A DNA stretch of 64,000 bases, from positions 1 to 64,000 of the forward strand of contig RQSC01001393.1 in the NCBI GenBank assembly GCA_013416795.1. Reading direction: 5' to 3'. Origin of the DNA: Prasinococcaceae sp. CCMP 1430 (Eukaryota; Plantae; Prasinodermophyta). The translations under genes and the position numbers were made by a program. The notes below the pieces were generated by a model. It did no database searches and was not told where the DNA came from. It saw nothing but the letters and a program-made list of their open reading frames with translations. This document shows, in pieces, positions 1 through 11,543 of this stretch; within the stretch, counting starts at the first letter, position 1; each line of letters begins with the position of its first letter.

Positions 1-41
1 CGCTCGTCCGCGCTGTCACGCGCTCGGGCGCAGCGGGGGCC

Positions 42-1172
42 ATGCCCTCGCAGGCGAAGCGGCTCATGGCGGCGCTGCCGCCCCCGGGTCCGCCCAAGCG
101 TGCGAGGGAGGGCGGCGCGGACGCTGCGCATGCGGGGGCGTGGCCCAACCCCGCCGCGCAGCGCATCCAAGCATACCACGGACCGGGGCGACACGCGCCG
201 GCGGCGCCCACGCACCAGCAGCCGCAGCCCCAGCCCCAGCACCCGCAGCAGCGCGCGGCGGGCGGGCGCGACGCCCATGGGGCGAGCAAGCACGCAAAGC
301 CGCCCAAGCAGGCCAAATTCGTGCGGCCGGGCGTGCTGAGCAGGTTTGTGACCGCCAAGAGCCGCGCGTCGAGCGGCGGGATCGGAGGGGCGACGCCCAA
401 CGCGCACGCGATCGGGCCGCACGCCAACCTCGCGCGCAAGCGCGTGGGCGCCGAGGCTGGCCGCGGGCTGAGCATCGTCATCCCGAAGGGACCCGCCGGC
501 CTTGGGGGCGTGCACGGCGTGACCGAGACGCCGCGCGCGCTGAGCGGAATCTTCCACGAGAGCGCTGGCGCCGGCGGCCACGCGCCTCGCGCGCCACGCG
601 TCACGCAGGCGTCGGTGGCGGCCGCGCGCGCGCACAACGCCCAGCAGCCCCTGCTGAACCTGCCCGAGGGCGTGCTCGCGCGCATCATGGTCAACTTCCG
701 GCACGCGGAGCTCGGGAAGCTCTTCCTGGTGTGCACACAGCTGCGCGACGCCGCGGCGGCGTGCGTCTCGGTCCACTTCAACTACCTCACGCCCACGCGC
801 GACTCGCCCCGACCAGGGGTGTTCGGGGCGGGCGGCGACGAGTTCGCTGCCATGCAGGCGCCGGTGCCGCGTTCTGCCGTGCCTTCGGCGTCGGCGCGCG
901 CCGCGGCGCTCGCCGTCGCCGAGGCAGGAATGCACCCGCCGGGCGCACCGATGCGCTACCGGCGAGGGCGGCGGCGCACCGGGTATAGCAGGGGCGCCGC
1001 CGCCGCCAAGGCGGCCGCGCCGTCGCGCGCCGCCGCCTCGCCGCCGCGGAGGCGCAGCCGCGGCCAGGCGGTAGTTAGGGTTACATCAGGGTCCAAACAA
1101 GCCAACTTCGAAACCCTACCAACATTGAAAACCTTAAAAAACCGTCTCCCTCATGGTATCAATTTGCATTGA
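42..1172 (+). CDS. F-box protein, plant FBS1/SKIP27-like, with a low-complexity N-terminus
   Basis: LLNLPEGVLARIMVNFRHAELGKLFLVCTQLRDAAAACVSVHFNYLTP followed by PPGAPMRYRR matches the FBS-type F-box plus HFxYxTP and APGAP motifs. The 3' end is uncertain (possible intron donor GTAGTT at 1071). Confidence 0.7.
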   Translation: MPSQAKRLMAALPPPGPPKRAREGGADAAHAGAWPNPAAQRIQAYHGPGRHAPAAPTHQQPQPQPQHPQQRAAGGRDAHGASKHAKPPKQAKFVRPGVLSRFVTAKSRASSGGIGGATPNAHAIGPHANLARKRVGAEAGRGLSIVIPKGPAGLGGVHGVTETPRALSGIFHESAGAGGHAPRAPRVTQASVAAARAHNAQQPLLNLPEGVLARIMVNFRHAELGKLFLVCTQLRDAAAACVSVHFNYLTPTRDSPRPGVFGAGGDEFAAMQAPVPRSAVPSASARAAALAVAEAGMHPPGAPMRYRRGRRRTGYSRGAAAAKAAAPSRAAASPPRRRSRGQAVVRVTSGSKQANFETLPTLKTLKNRLPHGINLH

Positions 1173-1672
1173 CTTTGACGCGGTTGCGGAGCGCCCACGA
1201 GAACACACACGTTCGTGTGTTGGATCACACACACCCCATCGAGCGCGTGCGCGGCCGGCCACACCGCAGGCGAGGGGCGCCCCGCGGGCGTGCCGGGATG
1301 ACGGCCCCTGCGGCGTCCGCGCTCGGCGCGGCGAGCGGCGGCGGCGGCGGCGGCGGCGCAGGCCCGAGCGCCGCCGGCGCGGCGGGCCCTTCGACCTCCG
1401 TGCACACGTACGTGCGACGACGCGACAACCTGCATCACCGGCAGCATCTCCTGAACGCGGCGGGCAAGAAGCGCCCACGCTGAGCCCGGTGGGGGCAAGA
1501 GCCTCCCATCGCACCGTAGACCGTAGTCGCGTCCGCGGTGCCCGCCGCCCGCGCGAGCGCGTGTAGCGCGCCGCGCCACCGCATGCCTAAGGACAGTAGT
1601 GCGAAGGGGGCGCAGATGAGGCATTACCCTCTTGCCGGAGTGGCGCAGCCGCGCACCGCGGCTTCGCAGAGC

Positions 1673-3451
1673 TCACCCGCGCGGGTCGGTCGGCGGCAGC
1701 GCAAGCGGCACGCCGTCGGCGGGCGCATCGCCAATGCTCACCACGCTGCACTCCGCCCCGCCGTCGGCCCCGTCGCCGCCGCCGCTGCTTCCGGCGGCGA
1801 CTTCTGCACCACCCCCTGGTCCGCCGGCTCCGCCGTCGCCACTGCTGCCGCCAAGGCGCGGGTGCGCCCGAGGCGAGCGGGAGTCAGCGCCGCTGCGCTC
1901 ACATCGCGCCGCGCGTCGAATAGCAAATCGCACGCACCTCCCCTCGAGCGAGCCTCTCCGCGACATCTCCATGGCCGCCATGGTGCTGAGGCCCGTGCCG
2001 ACGACCGCGGTCGTCATCGGGATGGGCGCGGACGCGCGCCCTCTCGAACCGGACCGCGGGCCGAACACCGTCACGCCCCACCCGCCGCCGCCGCCCGCGC
2101 TCGAGGCGCGCGCGCCCAGAGCGCCGAATCCGGCGAGGCGCGAGTTGTGCGCCTGCCGCATCGCGTCGAAGAGCTGGTCGTGCAGGTCGCCACCGGGGCT
2201 CGCCCTGTGCAGCAGGCTCCACGTGATCCAGATGCAGTAGCCCAGCGACGCCGTGGTGAGCGCCAGGTTGGCCACGCCGCTGGCGTTCATGTAGGTCACG
2301 CAGGCGCCCACGTCAAACTGGTCGCCCCCGCCGGCGCCGTCCGCGTCGATGTCGCCGCCACTGCCGCCCCACCTGTAAGCGCCTCCCCGCGCCTCGGGGG
2401 GAGGCGGTGGGGGCAAGAGCCAAGGGCGGGGGCCATGTTCGCGCTCGTGGCTGAGCGCCTCCTCCACGCATACGCCGCGCGCGTGCGCCATGCCCAGGAC
2501 CGTCACGGCGTACGCGACCCCCATCGAGGCCACCTGGCCCCACATGAACGCGCGCAGCCACGCCAGCTTGCCCCTGAAGCCCCCGACCATGCCCACGATC
2601 GCCACCGCCGTGCGGAGGAAGGCGTGCACGAGCGAGAAAGTGTGGGTCCACTCGGGCATGCCCGCGGTGGGCCCGTCCATGGCCGCCTGTAGGGCTGTCC
2701 ACGAGCCCACGGCGAAGAACACGAAGGCGATGGCCTGTACGCCCGCCTGCAGGGAGCACCCGCAGCAGCACGACGACGCGGGAGGCACGCAAGGCGCACG
2801 GGCGCGCGCGGCCGACGCGCCGTCCACCAGGCGCGCCCCCGGGCGCGCGAAGGGCAGCACGGGCGCGGGGGCGGCGAGCGGGTCGCTCGCGGGGAGCGGC
2901 TCAGCTGCGGGCCGCATGCGCCGCGTGCGCGCGGGCGCGGGCGAGAGAAAGAGCGAGCGAGAGGGAGGGCGCACGCGACGGCGGTGCGCACGTCAGCCAG
3001 CGAGGCGCCGCGGGTCGGGGCGCAGTGCAGAGAGGGCGGGCGCAGACAGGGTCGAGGTCGAACGCCACGCGCTCGGCGCAACAACGTTCCCTCCCATCCA
3101 CGCGCGCATGCGCGCGTGCGCAGCGCGCGCCGCCTGGCCCCGCGCACGTACCCGCCGCCACTGTCACCGCGACGTCCGTGTCGCGGAAGCCGCCGCCTCC
3201 TCCGCGGCTGCTGCCGCTGACGGGCATGCCGAGCGCGGGCACCGCGTCAGCGACGGGCGCCCCCCGGACCGTCGCCCCCTGGGTGGCGGGCTCCGCCAAC
3301 GGGCCCCGCAAGGGGACGCCCTGCGCCATCATGGCGACGCCCGGCGCCACAGGCGCGCCGGAGGCCGCGCCTGTGGCGCCGGCACACCCGACGCGCAGCC
3401 CGCCCTCCTCGCACAGGCGCTTCTCGGCGCGCCGGCGGCGCGCGTCTCGGC
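1673..3451 (-). CDS. Multi-pass membrane protein with a CCCGCSL motif before TM1; 5' end in gap
   Basis: Exons 3451-3152 and 2904-1673 are joined by a GTACGT...CCCGCAG intron (3151-2905, phase 1, branch GCTGAC). About four hydrophobic helices follow SCCCGCSL. Family not identified. Confidence 0.6.
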
Positions 3452-4230
3452 NNNNNNNNNNNNNNNNNNNNNNNNNNNNNNNNNNNNNNNNNNNNNNNNN
3501 NNNNNNNNNNNNNNNNNNNNNNNNNNNNNNNNNNNNNNNNNNNNNNNNNNNNNNNNNNNNNNNNNNNNNNNNNNNNNNNNNNNNNNNNNNNNNNNNNNNN
3601 NNNNNNNNNNNNNNNNNNNNNNNNNNNNNNNNNNNNNNNNNNNNNNNNNNNNNNNNNNNNNNNNNNNNNNNNNNNNNNNNNNNNNNNNNNNNNNNNNNNN
3701 NNNNNNNNNNNNNNNNNNNNNNNNNNNNNNNNNNNNNNNNNNNNNNNNNNNNNNNNNNNNNNNNNNNNNNNNNNNNNNNNNNNNNNNNNNNNNNNNNNNN
3801 NNNNNNNNNNNNNNNNNNNNNNNNNNNNNNNNNNNNNNNNNNNNNNNNNNNNNNNNNNNNNNNNNNNNNNNNNNNNNNNNNNNNNNNNNNNNNNNNNNNN
3901 NNNNNNNNNNNNNNNNNNNNNNNNNNNNNNNNNNNNNNNNNNNNNNNNNNNNNNNNNNNNNNNNNNNNNNNNNNNNNNNNNNNNNNNNNNNNNNNNNNNN
4001 NNNNNNNNNNNNNNNNNNNNNNNNNNNNNNNNNNNNNNNNNNNNNNNNNNNNNNNNNNNNNNNNNNNNNNNNNNNNNNNNNNNNNNNNNNNNNNNNNNNN
4101 NNNNNNNNNNNNNNNNNNNNNNNNNNNNNNNNNNNNNNNNNNNNNNNNNNNNNNNNNNNNNNNNNNNNNNNNNNNNNNNNNNNNNNNNNNNNNNNNNNNN
4201 NNNNNNNNNNNNNNNNNNNNNNNNNNNNNN
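3452..4230. other. Assembly gap. Other N runs: 5574-5832, 8161-9113, 10525-10620, 46211-46682, 57793-58569, 59916-60331. Single N joins: 17125, 25096, 30035, 62673
   Basis: Runs of n in the sequence. Confidence 0.99.
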
Positions 4231-5289
4231 GCCGCCGCCGCCGCCGCCGCCGCCGCCGGTCCCGAAGGCATCCCACTCCGCCTCGAAGCCCGCACCCGCC
4301 GCGGCCGGCTGCGCCTTGGGCGGCGGCGGCGGGTAGATTGGCGCGCACGTCGCCCCCAGCGCCTGGCCGACGTTGGCGGAGGCCTGGTGCAGGCGCGCCA
4401 TGGCGGGCCTCGCCGCTGGGTCGGGCACGAACGCGGCCTTGACGAGCTTGAGGATGTTGGCGTTGGGCGCGGGCGTCAGCCCTCCGGGGACGCGATAGTT
4501 GCCGTTGAGCACCTGCAGCTTGGACTCGCCGTCGAAGGCCAGCGCGCCGTACACCAGGCGGAACAGCAGGCAGCCCATCGCCCACACGTCCACCTTCTCG
4601 TCGACGCGCTGGCGCATGAACAGGTCCCACATCTCGGGCGCGCGGTAAGACGGCGTGGTCTGCTTCTGGATCACCTCCTCCTCGCCCAATCGCTCGGCCT
4701 CGGTCGCGTAGACCTTGGCTCGTTCCGTGGCGCTGCCGAAGTCGCAGAGCTTCCACTTGCCGTCCGCGCCGCGGAGCACGTTCTCGACCTTGAGGTCGCG
4801 GTGCGCGACGGGCGGCTGCGCGCCGTGCATGTGGCACACCGCCGAGCTCACCTCGCAGAACACGGTGAGCGCGAGCGCGTCGTCGAGCCGCTCGCCGCGC
4901 CCCTCGAGGAGCGACGCGAGCGTGCCCGTGCACTTCTCCAGCAGCAGGTAGCCGTCGCCGCGCGCGTCTGCGGGCAGGCTGTGCCCGACCAGCTTCACGA
5001 TGTGCGGGTGATCGCCGAGGCGCTCCATCGTCTCCGCCTCGCGCTGCGCGAGCTCCAGCGCCTCCTCGTTGCCGCCGAAACACAGCTGCTTGAGCGCGAA
5101 CTGCTCGCCCGTGGAGACATCGCGGCACGAGTACACCGTCGCGAAGCCGCCCACGCCCAGGCGCTGCTCCACGTGCACCTGCCGCCCGCCGACGCTCAAG
5201 TTGTGGCCGGAGAGGGTGCCCGAGCCCGATGCCGGCCCGTCGGCGCCCTCGACGAGCTTCTCGCGCGCCGAGTTGAGGAAGCGCCGCAT
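4231..5289 (-). CDS. NAK-family (AAK1/GAK/BIKE-like) Ser/Thr protein kinase; C-terminus in gap
   Basis: GVGGFATVY, ALK, HRDLKVENVL, KLCDFGSAT, TTPSYRAPEMWDL, DVWAMGCLLF. Confidence 0.93.
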
Positions 5290-5832
5290 GGCGCGGGCGC
5301 GGGCTTGCGTGCGGGAACGGCGCGGGAGGACGACGGGTGGCGTGAAGGCGGGAGGCAAGGCTGTATGTGTTCGGGGGAGGGGGCGCTCTCGACTCGCAAG
5401 GCGCTGGCTCAGGCCTGCCCCGTCCCCCTCGTTTGCCTTTTGCCTCCTCCCGCTCCTGCCCTCACCCCTCGCCCCGCCGCGCGCCTTCCGCAACGAGCGG
5501 GGGCGCGGCGTGTGCCCCGCCCCGCTCCGCTCCGCGCATCGCCCCGCCCCGCGCCCCGCCCGGGATCGCAGCGNNNNNNNNNNNNNNNNNNNNNNNNNNN
5601 NNNNNNNNNNNNNNNNNNNNNNNNNNNNNNNNNNNNNNNNNNNNNNNNNNNNNNNNNNNNNNNNNNNNNNNNNNNNNNNNNNNNNNNNNNNNNNNNNNNN
5701 NNNNNNNNNNNNNNNNNNNNNNNNNNNNNNNNNNNNNNNNNNNNNNNNNNNNNNNNNNNNNNNNNNNNNNNNNNNNNNNNNNNNNNNNNNNNNNNNNNNN
5801 NNNNNNNNNNNNNNNNNNNNNNNNNNNNNNNN

Positions 5833-7118
5833 TCGTCGCGGCGGCGCTCGCGGCGGGCGCGGCGCTCGCGGACGGCGCCGTCGTCAAGGAGCAGCTGCGC
5901 GGCGACGGGCGCGGCCTCGTGCGGCTCCACAGCTTCGGATACGGCGCGGGCGGCGTGCTCGAGCTCGAGGTGTCCGACGTGGCCGTGCACGTGCCGCCCG
6001 CCACCAAGGAAGCGGCGCTCGACCGCGTGGAGATCTTCCTGCTCCCCGAGGCCGACGTGGACGCGCTCGAGGCCGCCACCTTCCAGCGCCAGTGCGCGAT
6101 GGACGTCGCTGCCGCAGGCAGGCAGAGCCTCGCGACGCTCGCGACGGTCGAGGCCCAGAAGGACGCGACGAGCGGCGAGTACCGCATCGTGCGCGACGTG
6201 CGCCCCGCGGGCGAGTACGTGCTGTACATGGCCAACTGCGAGGCGGCCACCATGCGCGTGTCGATGGACCTGGTGATCGAGGAGTACAACGTGCGCGAGG
6301 GCGGAACCAAGGACTTCCTGCCCGTCGGCGAGAGCGCGCTGCCGCTCATGTACGTCGCCTTCGCGTGCGCGATGTCGTCCGCGGCCGCGGCGTGGGGCTA
6401 CGAGGTCTTCCGCCACCGCTCGGACGGCACCAAGGCCATCCACGTGCTCATGTTCGCGCTGGTGGTCATCAAGACGCTCAGCCTGTTCACGCAGGCGATG
6501 CGCTACCGCACGCTCAAGGTCACCGGCGACGCCCAGGACTGGCTGCTGCCCTACTTCGTGTTTCGCGGGCTGAGCTACGCGGGCATGTTCGTGACTATCG
6601 TGCTCATCGCGTCGGGCTGGAGCTTCCTGAAGCCCTTCCTGGGCGAGCGCGACAAGCGCGTGCTCATGATCGTGCTGCCGCTGCAGGTGTTCGCCGAGGT
6701 GGCGATCATCATGTTGGAGGAGACCGCGCCGTCCGACCGCGAGTGGTTCGAGTGGCGCGACCTCTTCCACGTGGTGGACATCGCCGCCTGCTGCGCCATC
6801 CTCTTCCCGATCGTGTGGCAGATCAAGCACCTGCGCGACGCGGCAGCCACCGACGGAAAGGCCGCGCGCACGCTCGGCAAGCTCGAGCTCTTCCGCTCGT
6901 TCTACATCACGGTGGTGGCCTTCGTTTACTTCACGCGCATCGTGGTGTACCTCGTGAAGCGCACCGCGCCCTACGACGTCGTGTGGATCGCCGAGGCCAT
7001 GCGCGAGGCCGCCACGCTCGCGTTCTTCGTCACGGTCGGCCTCAAGTTCCGCCCGACGCCCACCAATCCGTACACGCAGGTCGAGGCGGAGGAGCTGGAG
7101 ATCATGAACACGTGGTAG
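5833..7118 (+). CDS. GPR107/GPR108-like (GOST, lung seven-transmembrane) protein; 5' end in gap
   Basis: Lumenal domain with YVLYMANC and KDFLPVGESALP, then 7 TM helices with GWSFLKPFLGERDK, DIAACCAILFPIVWQIKHL and FYITVVAFVYFTRIVVY. Confidence 0.9.
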
Positions 7119-7521
7119 TGCGGCCGAGGGGAGGGGTCCCGCCCACCGCTGGGCGGGAGCGAATCCGACCCCGGGCGCGAGGCCGCGCGGATTGAGCTCT
7201 AGCAGGCGCTTGCCGACATAATATGGGGGCGGGGCGCGCACGTAAGCGTGCGGTGCGCGACTTCGCGGGCCCCGGCCCCGCTCTCCGCGCGCGCTCGTCG
7301 CGTGCGCCGCCAAATGGCTTGCGGGTTCGAGCAGCAGTTGTCTTACGTGTTGTCGCCACGGTCTCCCGTCTCTAGTAGGGTCGTCGATGTCTGCAGTGCT
7401 CTCAGCTGCCCGCTTGTGCACGTTCGTCGCAGAGCCGCGGCGGCCCCATGCGGGCGTGTCGCTGCGTCCCTCCGTGTCGGTGGGCGTGTTTCGTTGCTGT
7501 GCGCGCTTGGGGAGGCTGGCT

Positions 7522-8160
7522 CTAGCGGTCCAGGAACCCGGTCTGCCTCATCACTGCGGTCCTCACCTTCTCGATGTCCCTGCCAGTGAGCGTGCGCCCG
7601 CGCCCCTCGCACTGCGAGAACGTGTACAGCTTGCCGCCGTGCAGCCAGCCGCTCTCGTTCGCGTGTTTGCCGAGGGACTGCGCAGCGAGCTCGTGCGGGG
7701 GCACGAACTTGTCTCCGAAGACTGCGCTGATGGCTCGCGTCCGCGTTGGCATCGGCGTCGGCACAGCCCCGGCGCCCGCGTCGGCAGCCGCGGTGGCACC
7801 GAACGCCACGGCGGACCAGGCCGCGGCAGCATCTGTGGCGCCGCCCTCGAACCCGGCCGTGAGGGCGGACGCGTTCGCGGTGCCGGCGTTGCGCAGAGGC
7901 GCGAGCGGAGTCGTCTGCTCCGCCTCGCCAGCGTCCGCGACGTCGGGAGCGTCGTCGTCGGGCGTGCCCTCGCCCACGCGCCCGCCGGCGTCGAAGTACG
8001 CGGGCCACGGCACGGAGACCGGCATCGAGTGCGCTCGTGCGCGCGAGGCGGGCGACATGCCCCAGCCCCCAGACGCCTGCGAGCGTGGGAGGCGCGCGCG
8101 CGTCAGTGTCGCGGTCCCGCCATCGCGGCGCCGCCGCCCTGCCCCGGGCGCAGGCCGCGG
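7522..8160 (-). CDS. S40 senescence-regulator family (DUF584) protein; 5' end in gap
   Basis: C-terminal FVPPHEL...FSQCEGRGRTLTGRDIEKVRTAVMRQTGFLDR is the S40 signature. Confidence 0.85.
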   Translation of the reverse strand, partial: PRPAPGAGRRRRDGGTATLTRARLPRSQASGGWGMSPASRARAHSMPVSVPWPAYFDAGGRVGEGTPDDDAPDVADAGEAEQTTPLAPLRNAGTANASALTAGFEGGATDAAAAWSAVAFGATAAADAGAGAVPTPMPTRTRAISAVFGDKFVPPHELAAQSLGKHANESGWLHGGKLYTFSQCEGRGRTLTGRDIEKVRTAVMRQTGFLDR

Positions 8161-9113
8161 NNNNNNNNNNNNNNNNNNNNNNNNNNNNNNNNNNNNNNNN
8201 NNNNNNNNNNNNNNNNNNNNNNNNNNNNNNNNNNNNNNNNNNNNNNNNNNNNNNNNNNNNNNNNNNNNNNNNNNNNNNNNNNNNNNNNNNNNNNNNNNNN
8301 NNNNNNNNNNNNNNNNNNNNNNNNNNNNNNNNNNNNNNNNNNNNNNNNNNNNNNNNNNNNNNNNNNNNNNNNNNNNNNNNNNNNNNNNNNNNNNNNNNNN
8401 NNNNNNNNNNNNNNNNNNNNNNNNNNNNNNNNNNNNNNNNNNNNNNNNNNNNNNNNNNNNNNNNNNNNNNNNNNNNNNNNNNNNNNNNNNNNNNNNNNNN
8501 NNNNNNNNNNNNNNNNNNNNNNNNNNNNNNNNNNNNNNNNNNNNNNNNNNNNNNNNNNNNNNNNNNNNNNNNNNNNNNNNNNNNNNNNNNNNNNNNNNNN
8601 NNNNNNNNNNNNNNNNNNNNNNNNNNNNNNNNNNNNNNNNNNNNNNNNNNNNNNNNNNNNNNNNNNNNNNNNNNNNNNNNNNNNNNNNNNNNNNNNNNNN
8701 NNNNNNNNNNNNNNNNNNNNNNNNNNNNNNNNNNNNNNNNNNNNNNNNNNNNNNNNNNNNNNNNNNNNNNNNNNNNNNNNNNNNNNNNNNNNNNNNNNNN
8801 NNNNNNNNNNNNNNNNNNNNNNNNNNNNNNNNNNNNNNNNNNNNNNNNNNNNNNNNNNNNNNNNNNNNNNNNNNNNNNNNNNNNNNNNNNNNNNNNNNNN
8901 NNNNNNNNNNNNNNNNNNNNNNNNNNNNNNNNNNNNNNNNNNNNNNNNNNNNNNNNNNNNNNNNNNNNNNNNNNNNNNNNNNNNNNNNNNNNNNNNNNNN
9001 NNNNNNNNNNNNNNNNNNNNNNNNNNNNNNNNNNNNNNNNNNNNNNNNNNNNNNNNNNNNNNNNNNNNNNNNNNNNNNNNNNNNNNNNNNNNNNNNNNNN
9101 NNNNNNNNNNNNN

Positions 9114-10090
9114 CGCGCACGGCGCGCGGCCGCCACGCGGCGCGCACGGACGGCGGCCGCGCACCAGACGCCGCCGGAGGGATGGCTCGAGCCGGAGACG
9201 CTCACCATCAGCATGGTGCGTTCCCAGGCGGCGGCGAGCGCGCCGGTGTATCCCGCCCGTGTGTGGAGCTCGTCGGAGCCTGACACGGACGCCCGCCCGA
9301 GCGCCGCCCGCGCCCCGCATGTGCGCATCTGACACCGCCGGCCTCCTTCGCGCCCCATCGCAGGGAGGGAAAGAGATCACCCTCGAGACGGGCAAGATTG
9401 GGCGCCAGGCGGACGGCAGCGTCGTCGCGCGCTGCGGCGACACGGTGCTGTTCGCCACGGCATGCAAGAGCTACGATGTGGTGGGCGACGGCACGTTCGC
9501 GCCGTTCATGGTGCAGTACCAGGAGAAGTTCAGCGCCGCCGGGAAGACGAGCGGCTCGTTCCAGCGCCGCGAGGGCAAGCTCCGCGACGAGGAGGTGCTG
9601 ACGTGTCGCCTCATCGACCGCCCGCTGCGGCCGCTCTTCCCCAAGGGCTGGGCATTCGACACTCAGGTCTTGACCAACCTCATGTCGTACGACGGCGAGA
9701 ACCGCGCAGAGCCGCTGGCGATCACCGCATCGTCCGCCGCGCTCGCGCTGTCGAGCGTGCCCGTGACCGCCGCCGTCGCCGGCGCGCGCGTGGGCCTCAT
9801 CGACGGCCAGCTTGTGCTCAACCCAACGACATCCCAGATGAAGGAGTCCACCCTTGACCTGGTGATGGCAGGCACGAAGCGCGCTGTGCTGATGATCGAG
9901 GGCTTCGCCGACTTCCTACCCGAGGAGACGCTGCTCGAGGCCGTCGAGATGGGGCAGGCGGCCATCGCAGAGACGGCGGCGGCCATAGAGGAGTGGGCGG
10001 CGCGAGTGGGCAAGCCAAAGCACGAGGGTGACCTGCTGCTGCCGCCGGATGACCTCTTGGAGGTGGCACGAGCGGCGGCTGCTCCGGGTT
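9114..10090 (+). CDS. pnp: Organellar (probably plastid) polynucleotide phosphorylase; only the transit peptide and first RNase PH domain are present
   Basis: Exon 9114-9215, GTGCGT intron 9216-9363, then GGKEITLETGKIGRQADGSV...RREG...RLIDRPLRPLFP...DLVMAGT...VLMIEG. Similarity is lost near 10090. Confidence 0.88.
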
Positions 10091-10620
10091 CGGGGACACC
10101 GCAGAAATCGTTCAAAACGAGTACGGGTTTATGTTTTAGGGTCCATGGAGGGTGCACGGACGACGCAGGCAGACATGGCCCAAACCCAAGCCTTATCCGC
10201 CCCGCGCGCATCCCACGATTTTCCGCGCGCGCGCGCGCCCGGCCGAAATCCCGCTTGTTTGCGCAGGCCGCGTTTCGCGCCCGAAACGCGCTCGGGCCGG
10301 CGCGCCCCCCACCCCCGTCCCGCCCCATGCCGTTTCGCCTTCTCGCAACTGTGTCTGAGCGTTTTGCGCGGGGGCTTTCGGAGGTCAAACGGCACGCCGC
10401 GCCCGCCCCGACGCGCGGGCGCGCGGGCGACGCCCGCCTCGCCGCCGCGGTCCCTCGCCGTTTCGGCTCCTCGAAAGTGTGCCTGAGCGTTTCGGGGCGA
10501 GCGCGACGGCGCGCGCGTCGCCGCNNNNNNNNNNNNNNNNNNNNNNNNNNNNNNNNNNNNNNNNNNNNNNNNNNNNNNNNNNNNNNNNNNNNNNNNNNNN
10601 NNNNNNNNNNNNNNNNNNNN

Positions 10621-11506
10621 CGCGCACGCGGCGCGCCGCGGGACGGCCGCGCGCGCGCGGACGGTGACCGCGGCGGTGGGCGTGTGTGTGCGGGTGTGGG
10701 ATGGGTGTGTGGACGGATGGGTGAGAGAGAGCGCGTGACCGTGCCGGCGTATGGGGGTGGAGCCGTTTGGGCGCGTAGTCGTTCCGCGCTGACCCTTCGA
10801 GCCGTGCGCCCCCACTTCGCGCGTCGCGCGTCGCCCCCGCAGGTCGTCGAGGCCCGCCGCACGGTGGTGGGCAAGCCCAAGGCCGGCAAGAGGCAGACGA
10901 AGCCGGTCTCGCCGTACCCGTTCGATGTGTACCCCGGTGCGTGCGCGGCTGTCTGCGAGCCGTGTGCGCGCCCGCGCGTCGCACGCGCTGGGCGCCGGCC
11001 GCGTGCGGGCTGCACCGTGGTGGCGCGTTCGTGGGCATCGCGTCTGACGAGGCTGCGCTTCTCCGATTCGCCCGCGCGCACGCGTGTGCCCACGTGCGCC
11101 CTCGCTCCCCCACGCCCTCTCCACCACCCACCCCACCCCACCCCGCTGCACGTCCCCACCCGCGCTCGCGCCCGCGCCCCGAGTAGAGTGGGGCACCTAC
11201 CCGGGCGGTGACGGCTCCTCGCCGATCATCCCCTTCTCGGACGAGAAGAACGCCGAGCGCGAGGTGCGCGCCCGCGCCCGCACTCGAGCCCGCTCGCTCG
11301 CGCATCCGAGCCGCGCGCGCGTGGGCCTGCCGGCGCTGACGCGCCACCTGATCGCCTCGTGCGACTGCTTCCACATGCGCGCTCGGGCACCCACCGATCC
11401 ATCCGCAGGTGATGCACGGCCGCTTCGCCATGCTTGCCGTGACTGGCGTGTTCACCGGCGGTGCGTGAGCGCGCGGCGAAGCGCGCCCACGTCGGCGCGC
11501 GCGGCC

Positions 11507-11543
<37 letters not shown>

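Noticed and set aside
1169-1483. Small ORF ending KKRPR downstream of the F-box gene
   Set aside because: Could be a last exon or a micro-protein, but I found no phase-consistent splice or recognisable motif
2490-11211. Very long ORFs in the track spanning N gaps (e.g. 3025-6276, 7387-11211)
   Set aside because: Artefacts of translating Ns as X; they stitch unrelated frames together
11506-11542. Poly-C run in an Lhcp intron, poly-T at 13639-13664 and (GC)n at 16435-16460
   Set aside because: Simple low-complexity tracts with unreliable length and no supportable function
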